From the IMG/VR virus record IMGVR_UViG_3300046684_000205, positions 1 through 64,000 of that record: a stretch of 64,000 bases of DNA; one strand, given 5' to 3'. Positions within the stretch are counted from its first letter, which is position 1. Each line of letters starts with the position of its first letter. Shown piece after piece: positions 34,958-42,734 of this stretch. Under the pieces are notes generated by a model. It saw only the letters and a program-made list of their open reading frames with translations, was not told the DNA's origin and did not search any database. The position numbers and the translations under genes were made by a program. Origin of the DNA: a virus.

Positions 34958-37900
34958 ATGAGCGCATTCCACTACTACCAGATCAAGGGTGGGGAAGAGT
35001 CGTGGCAGCCGGTGCCGGTATCGCACCGCGACCAGACCATCCTCGACCACCACCCGATGTTCATGACCGTGCTGGCGGTCTCCAAACTGGTCGTCGACCT
35101 CACTTACGAGGAAAAGCTCAAGCTGGCCTATATGGGCCCGCTTTACGCTGACTTCGACTCCGAAAACGAGACACTGGTCATCGAGAAGACCAACGAGTTC
35201 CTTAGCAAGCTCGAAGAGCTGGGTGTGAACCTTGCCATGTGCCGGCTGTTCACCACTGGCGGGCGCGGCTACCACGTCGAGGTACCGGTCGAGCTCTTCA
35301 TGGAGAAGGTGCCGAAGAATGGCGTGATCGGCCTGCCGTCAATCTACCGCGAGATGGCGCTGGAGCTGTCGGTCGATACCCTCGACCTGACGATTTACTC
35401 GACCGGCCGCGGCCGCATGTGGCGCCAGCCCAACGTTCAGCGCGATAACGGCCGCTACAAGGTGCCAGTCACGGTCGACGAGATGCGCAGCATGTCGCCC
35501 GAACTTGCGACTGAGCTGTCCTCGCAGCCGCGAGAGCCGGTGGAGGTCCTGCCTCCGAGCTTCTGCGTCAAGCTGTCGATCGAGTATTCCAAGGCCATGC
35601 AAAAGGTCGAAGATCTGCTCAAGAGGCGCGCGAAGTTCAAGCCAGATCCGCACGTACGCGAGAAGGCCGGCTGCGCGTCCATCCAGTACATGATGGCGGG
35701 CCTGGGCATCAAGGCTGGTGTGGGCTTTCAGCAGATTGCCACCCAGCTGGCGATTGCCGCGGTCTCGGCCGAGATGTCGGAAGAGCGATTCATCGTCGAG
35801 TGCTCGGGCCTGATCGAGAATCACCAGGGCGACGGCAGCCGTTACGGCTCGCCGCAAAAGCGCGCTGACGAGTTGCGCCGCATGCACCGCTACATGAACG
35901 GCAATCCCTGCTACGAGTTCTCGGTCGGCGCCATCAAGACGCTGCTGAACCATCCGGCGCCAGACCTCGACGGCATCACAACCACGAAGGAAGATGTCAA
36001 GGCTGAGATCGAGCTCGCGGCCACCCAGCTGGACGACCCGGAGCTGCAGCAGGATGAGTATGCCGACGTGGCCAAGGGTGTGACGCTGTCCCGCTACGGG
36101 ATTTACGTCGACGGCGAGTTCGGCAAAAAGCGGATCTGTGCGGTGTCGTTCGACGCCGCGGCGATCCTGATGTCAAAGGATAGCGACCAGATTATCGGCT
36201 ACGACGCGGTGGTGCTGGTCAACGGCAAATCGGTGGGCTCGATCACGCTCGAGAGCGACATGTTCTCCGGCCTGGTGCCCTTCAACCGGTTTGTCAGCAA
36301 ATACGGGCATGCCTTTCAGGGCACCGATGCCCAGGTGAGGACGGTAATGATGCGATTCGTGGAGCAGGCAAAAAGAAAGGGCAACATCAGCTATGTCGTG
36401 GACCGCGAGGGCCTCGATATGATCACCATTCCCCAGCACGAGGATGTGCGGCTGCGCGAGCCCTTCATGATCTGGGCCGACGGCCATGGCGTGCGGCTGG
36501 AGCCCGAGATCGAGGCCACCGGCCTGAAGATCAAGTTCGCCGGCTACCCGGATCCGCGCGGCATGTTCAAGACCGACATCTCGAATGCGCCGGCACTGGG
36601 ATCGTGGTTGGAGGAGCCGGGCAACAAGCAGCTGCTGGCTGACACCCTTGGCCATCTGTTCGCTTGCCAGAAGCCCGAGGTGCTGGGCAAGGCGCTGGGC
36701 TGGTACGTGGCCTGCTTCTGGAAGCAGCTGTTCCAGAAGCATTACGGCAAGTTCCCGCTGCTGCATATCAACGGGCCGGCCGGCCTGGGCAAGACCGAGA
36801 TGCAGCTGGGTATGGCGTCGATGTTCTACTGGCGCGGTGAGCCGCGGCCGCTGTCGCCCGGCTCGACCAACTTCGCGCTGCTGCAGCATCTGATCGGAGC
36901 AAGCTCTATCCCACTGATTCTCGACGAGTACAAGCCGCACGTGATGCAGAAGACGCGCCTGGACCAGCTCAAGGGTCTGCTGCGCGACGTCTACAACCAG
37001 CGTGACCAGGCGCGTGGTGGCGGCTCGCGCGAGAGCGATGACTACCGCGTGCTGCAGTTCTCGCAGATGGCCGCGCCCATGGTGTTCATCGCCGAGGCGG
37101 CCGAGGAAGAGGCGGCAGTGATGGAGCGCGTGGTGCTGGTGACCCTGGCGCGCCCGCACCAGGCTGAGGGCCTGCGTCGGCACGCGCACTGGCAGTCGTA
37201 CTGGAGGAACCGGCACCTGCTGGGCATCCTGGGCCAGTACATTGCGATGAGCATCGTGCAGGGCGGCGAGGCCGGCAGTTTTGTCGACGAGTTCGATGCG
37301 ATGTATGGCGAGGCGAAGCGCCAGTTCATGCTGTCCGAGGAAGACTTGAAGGGTGCCCTGAGCGCCGAGCAGTTGAGGGAGAAGCAGAATACCAAGGAGC
37401 GCCCGGTCTACAACCACACGGTGGCGCGCTTTGGCATGAAGCAGTTCCGCAACCTGGTGAATGAAGCGATCGGCCCGAAGTTCGACGGCATCATGGCCGA
37501 GATGGAGCAGGGTGTCTTTGCCCGCCTGCACGACCTGCACGCGGCGACCACGCCGGAATACATCAAGGTCCTGTCCGAGATCTCCAGCATGAGTCACCAC
37601 ATCGAGAGCGACCGGCCCGAAGCCATCCGCAAAAACTACGAGTATGCCTTCGTCGAGGTCGCTGGAAAACAACGCATCGAGATTGCAGTGCGGTCGGCGT
37701 ACCAGCGCTACCGTATGCACTGCCGCGCGTCGAATCTCGAAGCCTTGTTCGGCGGTTTCGAGAGCTTTGCCCACGCCCTGCAGGACTGCGGCGCGTTCGT
37801 CAAGCGCGGTACCGGCGAGAAGCTGCAGTCGCCAGGCGTGTTCACGTTCGATGCCGACGACCTTACAAGTCTTGGCGTTGACGTGTTCAAAAGCAATTGA
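34958..37900 (+). CDS. AEP-type primase fused to a P-loop helicase
   Basis: YADFDS, TGGRGYHV, DLTIYS..GRMWR; GPAGLGKT and LILDEYK. Confidence 0.85.
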   Translation: MSAFHYYQIKGGEESWQPVPVSHRDQTILDHHPMFMTVLAVSKLVVDLTYEEKLKLAYMGPLYADFDSENETLVIEKTNEFLSKLEELGVNLAMCRLFTTGGRGYHVEVPVELFMEKVPKNGVIGLPSIYREMALELSVDTLDLTIYSTGRGRMWRQPNVQRDNGRYKVPVTVDEMRSMSPELATELSSQPREPVEVLPPSFCVKLSIEYSKAMQKVEDLLKRRAKFKPDPHVREKAGCASIQYMMAGLGIKAGVGFQQIATQLAIAAVSAEMSEERFIVECSGLIENHQGDGSRYGSPQKRADELRRMHRYMNGNPCYEFSVGAIKTLLNHPAPDLDGITTTKEDVKAEIELAATQLDDPELQQDEYADVAKGVTLSRYGIYVDGEFGKKRICAVSFDAAAILMSKDSDQIIGYDAVVLVNGKSVGSITLESDMFSGLVPFNRFVSKYGHAFQGTDAQVRTVMMRFVEQAKRKGNISYVVDREGLDMITIPQHEDVRLREPFMIWADGHGVRLEPEIEATGLKIKFAGYPDPRGMFKTDISNAPALGSWLEEPGNKQLLADTLGHLFACQKPEVLGKALGWYVACFWKQLFQKHYGKFPLLHINGPAGLGKTEMQLGMASMFYWRGEPRPLSPGSTNFALLQHLIGASSIPLILDEYKPHVMQKTRLDQLKGLLRDVYNQRDQARGGGSRESDDYRVLQFSQMAAPMVFIAEAAEEEAAVMERVVLVTLARPHQAEGLRRHAHWQSYWRNRHLLGILGQYIAMSIVQGGEAGSFVDEFDAMYGEAKRQFMLSEEDLKGALSAEQLREKQNTKERPVYNHTVARFGMKQFRNLVNEAIGPKFDGIMAEMEQGVFARLHDLHAATTPEYIKVLSEISSMSHHIESDRPEAIRKNYEYAFVEVAGKQRIEIAVRSAYQRYRMHCRASNLEALFGGFESFAHALQDCGAFVKRGTGEKLQSPGVFTFDADDLTSLGVDVFKSN

Positions 37901-37925
37901 CACGCGTCAAGAAGTTTGCCATACT
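37897..37925 (+). promoter_or_regulatory. Sigma70-like promoter TTGACA-N17-CATACT with extended -10 (TGn)
   Basis: Read directly, upstream of the putative SSB gene. Confidence 0.8.
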
Positions 37926-37933
37926 GAATTTTC

Positions 37934-37967
37934 ACCCACATGCCGGGCGTGGGTTCCTGACCCGGCA
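37934..37967 (+). promoter_or_regulatory. H-type RNA pseudoknot in the 5' leader of the putative SSB gene
   Basis: S1 ACCCAC/GTGGGT (37934-39/37949-54); S2 TGCCGGG/CCCGGCA (37941-47/37961-67); loop 1 is a single A. Confidence 0.75.
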
Positions 37968-37992
37968 AGACGATAACTTTAAAGGTAACGAA

Positions 37993-38817
37993 ATGGCACT
38001 GACCAAAAACACCGCAGCAAACACCCAGACCGCTCAATTCGAAGCTCCGGACGACGACGGCGTCATCGAGAACGGCGCCGAGCAGAAGACCCCCGAGCAG
38101 ATCAAGGCTGAAGCCCAAGCTCGTCTGGCAGCTGCGGCAGCCCAGCACCAGGCATCCCAGCCGAAGGAAGAAGCCAAGCCGTCCGAAAGCCGCGCCGTGG
38201 CGCCGCAGGCCGGCCGTCAGGTGGCTGTCACCAAGCCGATGGTCAATCCGCTGGAGCCGCTGAAGGATGCCTTCCCGGTCGAATGGGACACCCTGCGCAA
38301 TCTGTATATCACCAACGGCAACGTGGTCGACCGTCAGACCAACAAGGCCCTGGGCGATTCGATCGGCATGGAACTGCTGTCCTTCCAGGATCAGTGGGTC
38401 GTGTCGCCGGGCGGCGATGACAAGGACAAGGAGAAGAACAAGGAATTCGTTCGCTACTCCAACGACGGCAAGACCACCACTCAGGGCGAAGACGTCGACG
38501 ACTATCTGGCCAAGCTGCTGGCGACTGGCTTCCCGGACGCGAAGAAGAGCGAGCGTTCGGTGATCTGCGGCGCCCTGGTCGACATCGGCGTCAAGGGCAA
38601 GAAAGATCTGCCCGAGCTGGCCAACACGCTGGTGCAGATCAACCTGCCGCCGACTTCGAAGGCTGCGTTCAAGCGTTACCAGATGGATCAGGCCTTCAAG
38701 ATCGGCAAGGGTCTGATCGAGCCGGAAGGCGCCCAGATCGTGCGGATCGACTGCGACCTGGTGACCAAGGGCGACAACACCTGGACCGTCGCCAACTTCA
38801 GCCGCTACACCGCGTAA
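37993..38817 (+). CDS. Putative single-stranded DNA-binding protein
   Basis: Position after the primase; disordered acidic/Ala-rich N-terminus; VQINLPPTSKAAF..Y...NTWTVANF beta-rich C-terminus; own promoter and terminator. Confidence 0.65.
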   Translation: MALTKNTAANTQTAQFEAPDDDGVIENGAEQKTPEQIKAEAQARLAAAAAQHQASQPKEEAKPSESRAVAPQAGRQVAVTKPMVNPLEPLKDAFPVEWDTLRNLYITNGNVVDRQTNKALGDSIGMELLSFQDQWVVSPGGDDKDKEKNKEFVRYSNDGKTTTQGEDVDDYLAKLLATGFPDAKKSERSVICGALVDIGVKGKKDLPELANTLVQINLPPTSKAAFKRYQMDQAFKIGKGLIEPEGAQIVRIDCDLVTKGDNTWTVANFSRYTA

Positions 38818-38836
38818 TCTTCCTTCACGCCCACCC

Positions 38837-38862
38837 AAGGGAGCTCTTCGGAGCTCCCTTTT
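38837..38862 (+). terminator. Rho-independent terminator with UUCG loop
   Basis: AAGGGAGCTC-TTCG-GAGCTCCCTT-TT. Confidence 0.85.
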
Positions 38863-38878
38863 CTACAGGAGAAATCCC

Positions 38879-39589
38879 TTGGACATGCAAGAACAACAAG
38901 AACTGCGCCCGCTGGCCTTCGTCATCGCCGATACCGAGACCACTGGCCTGACTGGCCCCGCCTGCGAGATCGCGCTGCGCGAGATCGATCCGGACACGCT
39001 GGAGACCATCCGCGAGATCCAGTCGCTGATCGACCCGGAGTGCGACATCGAGCCGAGGGCCCAGGAAATACATGGCATCTCGAAAGAGATGGTCGCCGAC
39101 GCGCCGACGCTGGACGAATTCCTGACGATGCCCGGCTACCTCGACGACGCCTTCGAAGGTCGTGACATCGTCATCATCGCCCACAACGCCCAGTTCGACG
39201 TCAAGCGCCTGCACCGGATCGGCAACATCGTCTCGTCCATCTGCACCGTGTTCCATTCGCGCCAGCTGGTCGGCACCGAGGTGCCCAATCACCAGCTGGG
39301 CACGCTGCGCGAGCACTTCGGTTTCCCGGTCAACGAGGCGCACCGCGCCATGGCCGACGTGGCGACCACGCATCGCCTGCTGCGCGAACTGATGGGCCGC
39401 GCCGGCCGCCGCACCTTGCGCGACTTCTACGAGACCCAGGAGACGACGGTGCATCGCTGGCCGTTCGGCAAGCACAAGGGCATGCTGCTGATGGAGACGC
39501 CCAAGGAATACCTCCAGTGGTTCAAGAAGCAGGACTGCGATGCGAGTTTGAAGAAGAGCATCGAGAAAGCGCTGAAGGCGATGAAATGA
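38879..39589 (+). CDS. DEDDh 3'-5' exonuclease (DnaQ/ExoX-like)
   Basis: DTETTG, AHNAQFD, HRAMADV and C-terminal PFGKHKG. Confidence 0.9.
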   Translation: MDMQEQQELRPLAFVIADTETTGLTGPACEIALREIDPDTLETIREIQSLIDPECDIEPRAQEIHGISKEMVADAPTLDEFLTMPGYLDDAFEGRDIVIIAHNAQFDVKRLHRIGNIVSSICTVFHSRQLVGTEVPNHQLGTLREHFGFPVNEAHRAMADVATTHRLLRELMGRAGRRTLRDFYETQETTVHRWPFGKHKGMLLMETPKEYLQWFKKQDCDASLKKSIEKALKAMK

Positions 39590-39780
39590 CCCGCAAAATT
39601 ATCCCTGTGACGCCGGACAGCGCCGGCCGCATCGTGGCCAGGGCGCCAGTGCTGCGTGTGTTCGATACCAACGGTGCTGGCGAGCTGCTGGAATTGGTCA
39701 GCTTCATGAACCTCAGCACCCATGAGGTCGTTCTGCAGCATCAGCCGGCCAGCCAGGTCTACGTCGAAATCGAAGAATAA
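39586..39780 (+). CDS. Hypothetical protein
   Basis: ATGA-coupled. Confidence 0.6.
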   Translation: MTRKIIPVTPDSAGRIVARAPVLRVFDTNGAGELLELVSFMNLSTHEVVLQHQPASQVYVEIEE

Positions 39781-39803
39781 TTACCTACTCACGAAAGAAC
39801 ACC

Positions 39804-40379
39804 ATGAACTTCGCAGAATATCCGGCCCTCGCGGCCCGCACTGAAAAAGAACTGCCAACCAGCTTCCTGCGCATCGAGCACGCGTCGCTTGGCCTCATCA
39901 CCGAGATTGGCGAGATCGGCACTCTCGTCAAGCGCATCGCCATCTACGGCAAGTCGCTGGACAGCGTCATGGACAAGGGCGAGGATAGTGGCAAGTCGTA
40001 CCGTCAGCTGCTCGGCGAGGAGATCGGTGACGTGCTCTGGTACCTGCCGATCATCACCAGCGAACTCGACGCGAACTACGTGTTCGAGGATGTACGCCTG
40101 ACAGCCCGTACCGGCTTGCCGCTGACCAACCTGACCCGTCGTCTGTCGATCGCTGCAGGTCGCGTCGCCGATTACGTCGAGAGCGAGGCCATGCATATGC
40201 TACAGGACGTCAACCTGGTCGACGAGGTGTGCGCCATCCTGCATTATCTGGTCGACCTCGCAGGCCTGGCCGGCCTCGACATCGTCCAACTCGCCGCTGA
40301 CAACATCGCCAAGCTGCGCAAACGCTACCCGGAAGCCTACAGCGACCTGGCGGCTGAAGAGCGCGCCGACAAGGCTTGA
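39804..40379 (+). CDS. MazG-like nucleotide pyrophosphohydrolase
   Basis: GLITEIGEI, EEIGDVLWY, NIAKLRKRYP. Confidence 0.85.
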   Translation: MNFAEYPALAARTEKELPTSFLRIEHASLGLITEIGEIGTLVKRIAIYGKSLDSVMDKGEDSGKSYRQLLGEEIGDVLWYLPIITSELDANYVFEDVRLTARTGLPLTNLTRRLSIAAGRVADYVESEAMHMLQDVNLVDEVCAILHYLVDLAGLAGLDIVQLAADNIAKLRKRYPEAYSDLAAEERADKA

Positions 40380-40381
40380 CC

Positions 40382-41440
40382 ATGACCTCCCACCTGATCA
40401 GCGCCGCGGCGCAGATCCGGTCCCTCTCGAAAGCGGTTTCGGCCGCTTTTCTCGCGTCTCCACTGTCCGAAGAGGAGCGCAATCCGGGCCGGATCGAGCT
40501 GACGGACCTTGCCTGGATGGCGCCGCCGATCGCCTGCCGCGAGACGATCGGCCAGGTACCGCTGGCCGACTATCTGAGCGTGCCGATGCCGATCGAGCAG
40601 GGCGCGCTGTATCGCTTCTGGGTCAAGACGCTGTACGACCTCTGGAATCGGCCCAGCGCCACGATGCGGCGCGGCGCGTTCGCCAACTGCGGCTGGGCCT
40701 TCCCCAAGGTCAAGGTCGGCCAGCGCGCCTTCCTGTTCTCCACGCCTGTCGGCTACCCGTCGCAGCTGGACCCGACGGCCGGCATCATGTTCTCGATCGA
40801 GGTGGCGTCGGCTGCCGCTGCTTCACTGCCGGTTGTGGACCTGGTCAGCGACGATGACAACTATTACGTCATCCTGCCCGACGAGACGGTCATCGGCGTG
40901 AAGAACGGACGGCCGGCGTGCGAGTCGCCCTGGACCGAGCGCATGCCCGGCATGGTGCAGGAGCTGGCCTCCAGTAGCCGCGGCGAGGCCGACTACAGCT
41001 GCCGCTTCGACCAACTTGCGATGCTGCGTTCGGTGCTGCACGTGCATCGCCGGCGATTCGAGGAGTTCCAGGGGCTGGACTACGCCTTGCAGGCGCTGCG
41101 CCTCCTGTCACTGGGCGGCCACTGCCCTGACCTGATCTCGCAGCTGCGCCTGCTGCCGCAGGACCTGGGCCAGCTGCGCCGGCACGAGCAGGTGCTGCGC
41201 GACTGCATCGAGATCGTGGGCGACGCGTCGATGTCGGACCGCAGCAAGCTGCAGATCTGGCAGAACCTGCTGGTGCCGGAGGTACTCACGCCAGCCAAGT
41301 TCCGGCAGCACATCTTCTCCGGCGGCCAGTTTCCGTTCGCGCTGGCCCAGGCCAAGCTCGAGTCGATTCACGCCTGGTTCGATGAGCAGTACCGCGCGCT
41401 GCCGGCCAACCTGCAGAGGGAGGGCATATGCAGAGCGTGA
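40382..41440 (+). CDS. Hypothetical protein, about 352 aa
   Basis: Long ORF with normal codon usage; no motif recognised. Confidence 0.8.
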   Translation: MTSHLISAAAQIRSLSKAVSAAFLASPLSEEERNPGRIELTDLAWMAPPIACRETIGQVPLADYLSVPMPIEQGALYRFWVKTLYDLWNRPSATMRRGAFANCGWAFPKVKVGQRAFLFSTPVGYPSQLDPTAGIMFSIEVASAAAASLPVVDLVSDDDNYYVILPDETVIGVKNGRPACESPWTERMPGMVQELASSSRGEADYSCRFDQLAMLRSVLHVHRRRFEEFQGLDYALQALRLLSLGGHCPDLISQLRLLPQDLGQLRRHEQVLRDCIEIVGDASMSDRSKLQIWQNLLVPEVLTPAKFRQHIFSGGQFPFALAQAKLESIHAWFDEQYRALPANLQREGICRA

Positions 41441-41652
41441 GGCAGTCCCTCATCGAGACGATGTGCAGCACCGCTGTGGCGTTCCTCCTTAGTGTGGCGC
41501 TGCAGCACTGCATCGTCAACCCGCTCTGGCATCTGCACAGCTCGCCGCTGGACAGCCTGGGCATCACCGTCTTCTTCACCGTCGTTTCGCTGGTTCGAAG
41601 CTTTTACTTCCGCCGGTTCTTCAACTGGCTCCACAACAGGGATAAATCATGA
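41428..41652 (+). CDS. DUF7220-like small membrane protein
   Basis: QS.RQSLIE...FTVVSLVRSF..RRFFN. Confidence 0.75.
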   Translation: MQSVRQSLIETMCSTAVAFLLSVALQHCIVNPLWHLHSSPLDSLGITVFFTVVSLVRSFYFRRFFNWLHNRDKS

Positions 41653-42188
41653 TTTTAGTAGGGATCACCGGCAAGGCTGGCGCCGGCAAGGACACGATTG
41701 CCGATTACCTCGTGCGCGAGCATGGTTTCACGAAGCTGTCGTTCGCTGGCCCGCTCAAGGCGATGCTGGCGGCCGCCGGTATGCCGGAACCGGCTGACCG
41801 CGCTGTCAAGGAGCTGCCGGTCGAGGGCTTCGACTTCACCTGGCGCGAAGCGGCGCAGAAGCTGGGCACCGAGTGGGGTCGCGGTCTGGATCCGGACATC
41901 TGGGCCAAGGTTGTGGAGCAGCAGATCGAGACACTGGCTGGCGAGTGGCGCCCAAGTCTTTCGCGCTTCGTTCTGTCGGACGTGCGCTTCGAGAACGAAG
42001 CGGCGATGATCCGCCGGCTGGGTGGCAAGGTGTTGCACGTGACCGGCCGCGCCGTCGAGCTGGGCGCTAACGCCGGGCATGCGTCGGAAGCTGGTGTTGC
42101 CTTCGCTGGTGGTGACATCGAGATCAACAACAGCGGCGACCTCGCTGAGACTCTGACCGACGTGCGTTATGCGCTGTGGGGTGCTTGA
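41649..42188 (+). CDS. Deoxynucleoside monophosphate kinase
   Basis: GKAGAGKDT, FAGPLK, QKLGTEWGR, DVRFENEA, HASE. Confidence 0.9.
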   Translation: MILVGITGKAGAGKDTIADYLVREHGFTKLSFAGPLKAMLAAAGMPEPADRAVKELPVEGFDFTWREAAQKLGTEWGRGLDPDIWAKVVEQQIETLAGEWRPSLSRFVLSDVRFENEAAMIRRLGGKVLHVTGRAVELGANAGHASEAGVAFAGGDIEINNSGDLAETLTDVRYALWGA

Positions 42189-42424
42189 TGAGCGAGCGCA
42201 GCGACGAACTCGAGGTGGCCGAGGAGTACCGGGAACAAGCTGTCGTCGACAGGCTGGCGCGAGTACGGCTAGAGCTGGCCCAGAGCCACCCGGACTTCGA
42301 CGGTGAGCACTGCATCGGCTGCGGCGACGGGCTGCCGCCGGTGCGCATCGCCTACAAATTCGTGCGCTGCACGAATTGCCAATGCGAGGTCGAGCGGCTG
42401 GCGAAGATGCGGAGGCAGGCATGA
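42188..42424 (+). CDS. TraR/DksA C4 zinc-finger protein
   Basis: CIGCG..LP..R......CTNCQ. Confidence 0.8.
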   Translation: MSERSDELEVAEEYREQAVVDRLARVRLELAQSHPDFDGEHCIGCGDGLPPVRIAYKFVRCTNCQCEVERLAKMRRQA

Positions 42425-42576
42425 GCGCGTTTGGCTGGTGTGTCGGCGCTGCCGTGGTTCAGGGTGTGCTGGCGCTCGTTCAGCTTCATCGCAGGAAGCT
42501 GGAGGCCAGCCGTCACAGCGAGACGTTGGCCGTTATTTGGGTGGTCGGTGCCATGATTACCTGGAGGCTGCCATGA
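42421..42576 (+). CDS. Small membrane protein
   Basis: ATGA-coupled; two hydrophobic segments. Confidence 0.6.
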   Translation: MSAFGWCVGAAVVQGVLALVQLHRRKLEASRHSETLAVIWVVGAMITWRLP

Positions 42577-42734
42577 AGTGGGCGCTCTTTGCAGCGGTGA
42601 TGGCTGTGGCCGCCTTTCACTTCTGGATCGCTCGCAAGGCTGCCCGCGAAGGCGCTTGGGAGTGGTGCCGACAATTCACGCTGTTGGGCCACATCCTGCT
42701 GGTGATGGCCACCGTAATCGGAGGGTATAAATGA
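42573..42734 (+). CDS. Small membrane protein
   Basis: ATGA-coupled; two hydrophobic segments. Confidence 0.6.
   Translation: MKWALFAAVMAVAAFHFWIARKAAREGAWEWCRQFTLLGHILLVMATVIGGYK

Noticed and set aside
32519-41440. Possible paralogy of hypotheticals 32519, 34453 and 40382 (N-terminal helix then SPFW/NPLW/SPLS)
   Set aside because: The similarity is too short to support by eye; it needs profile-profile comparison.
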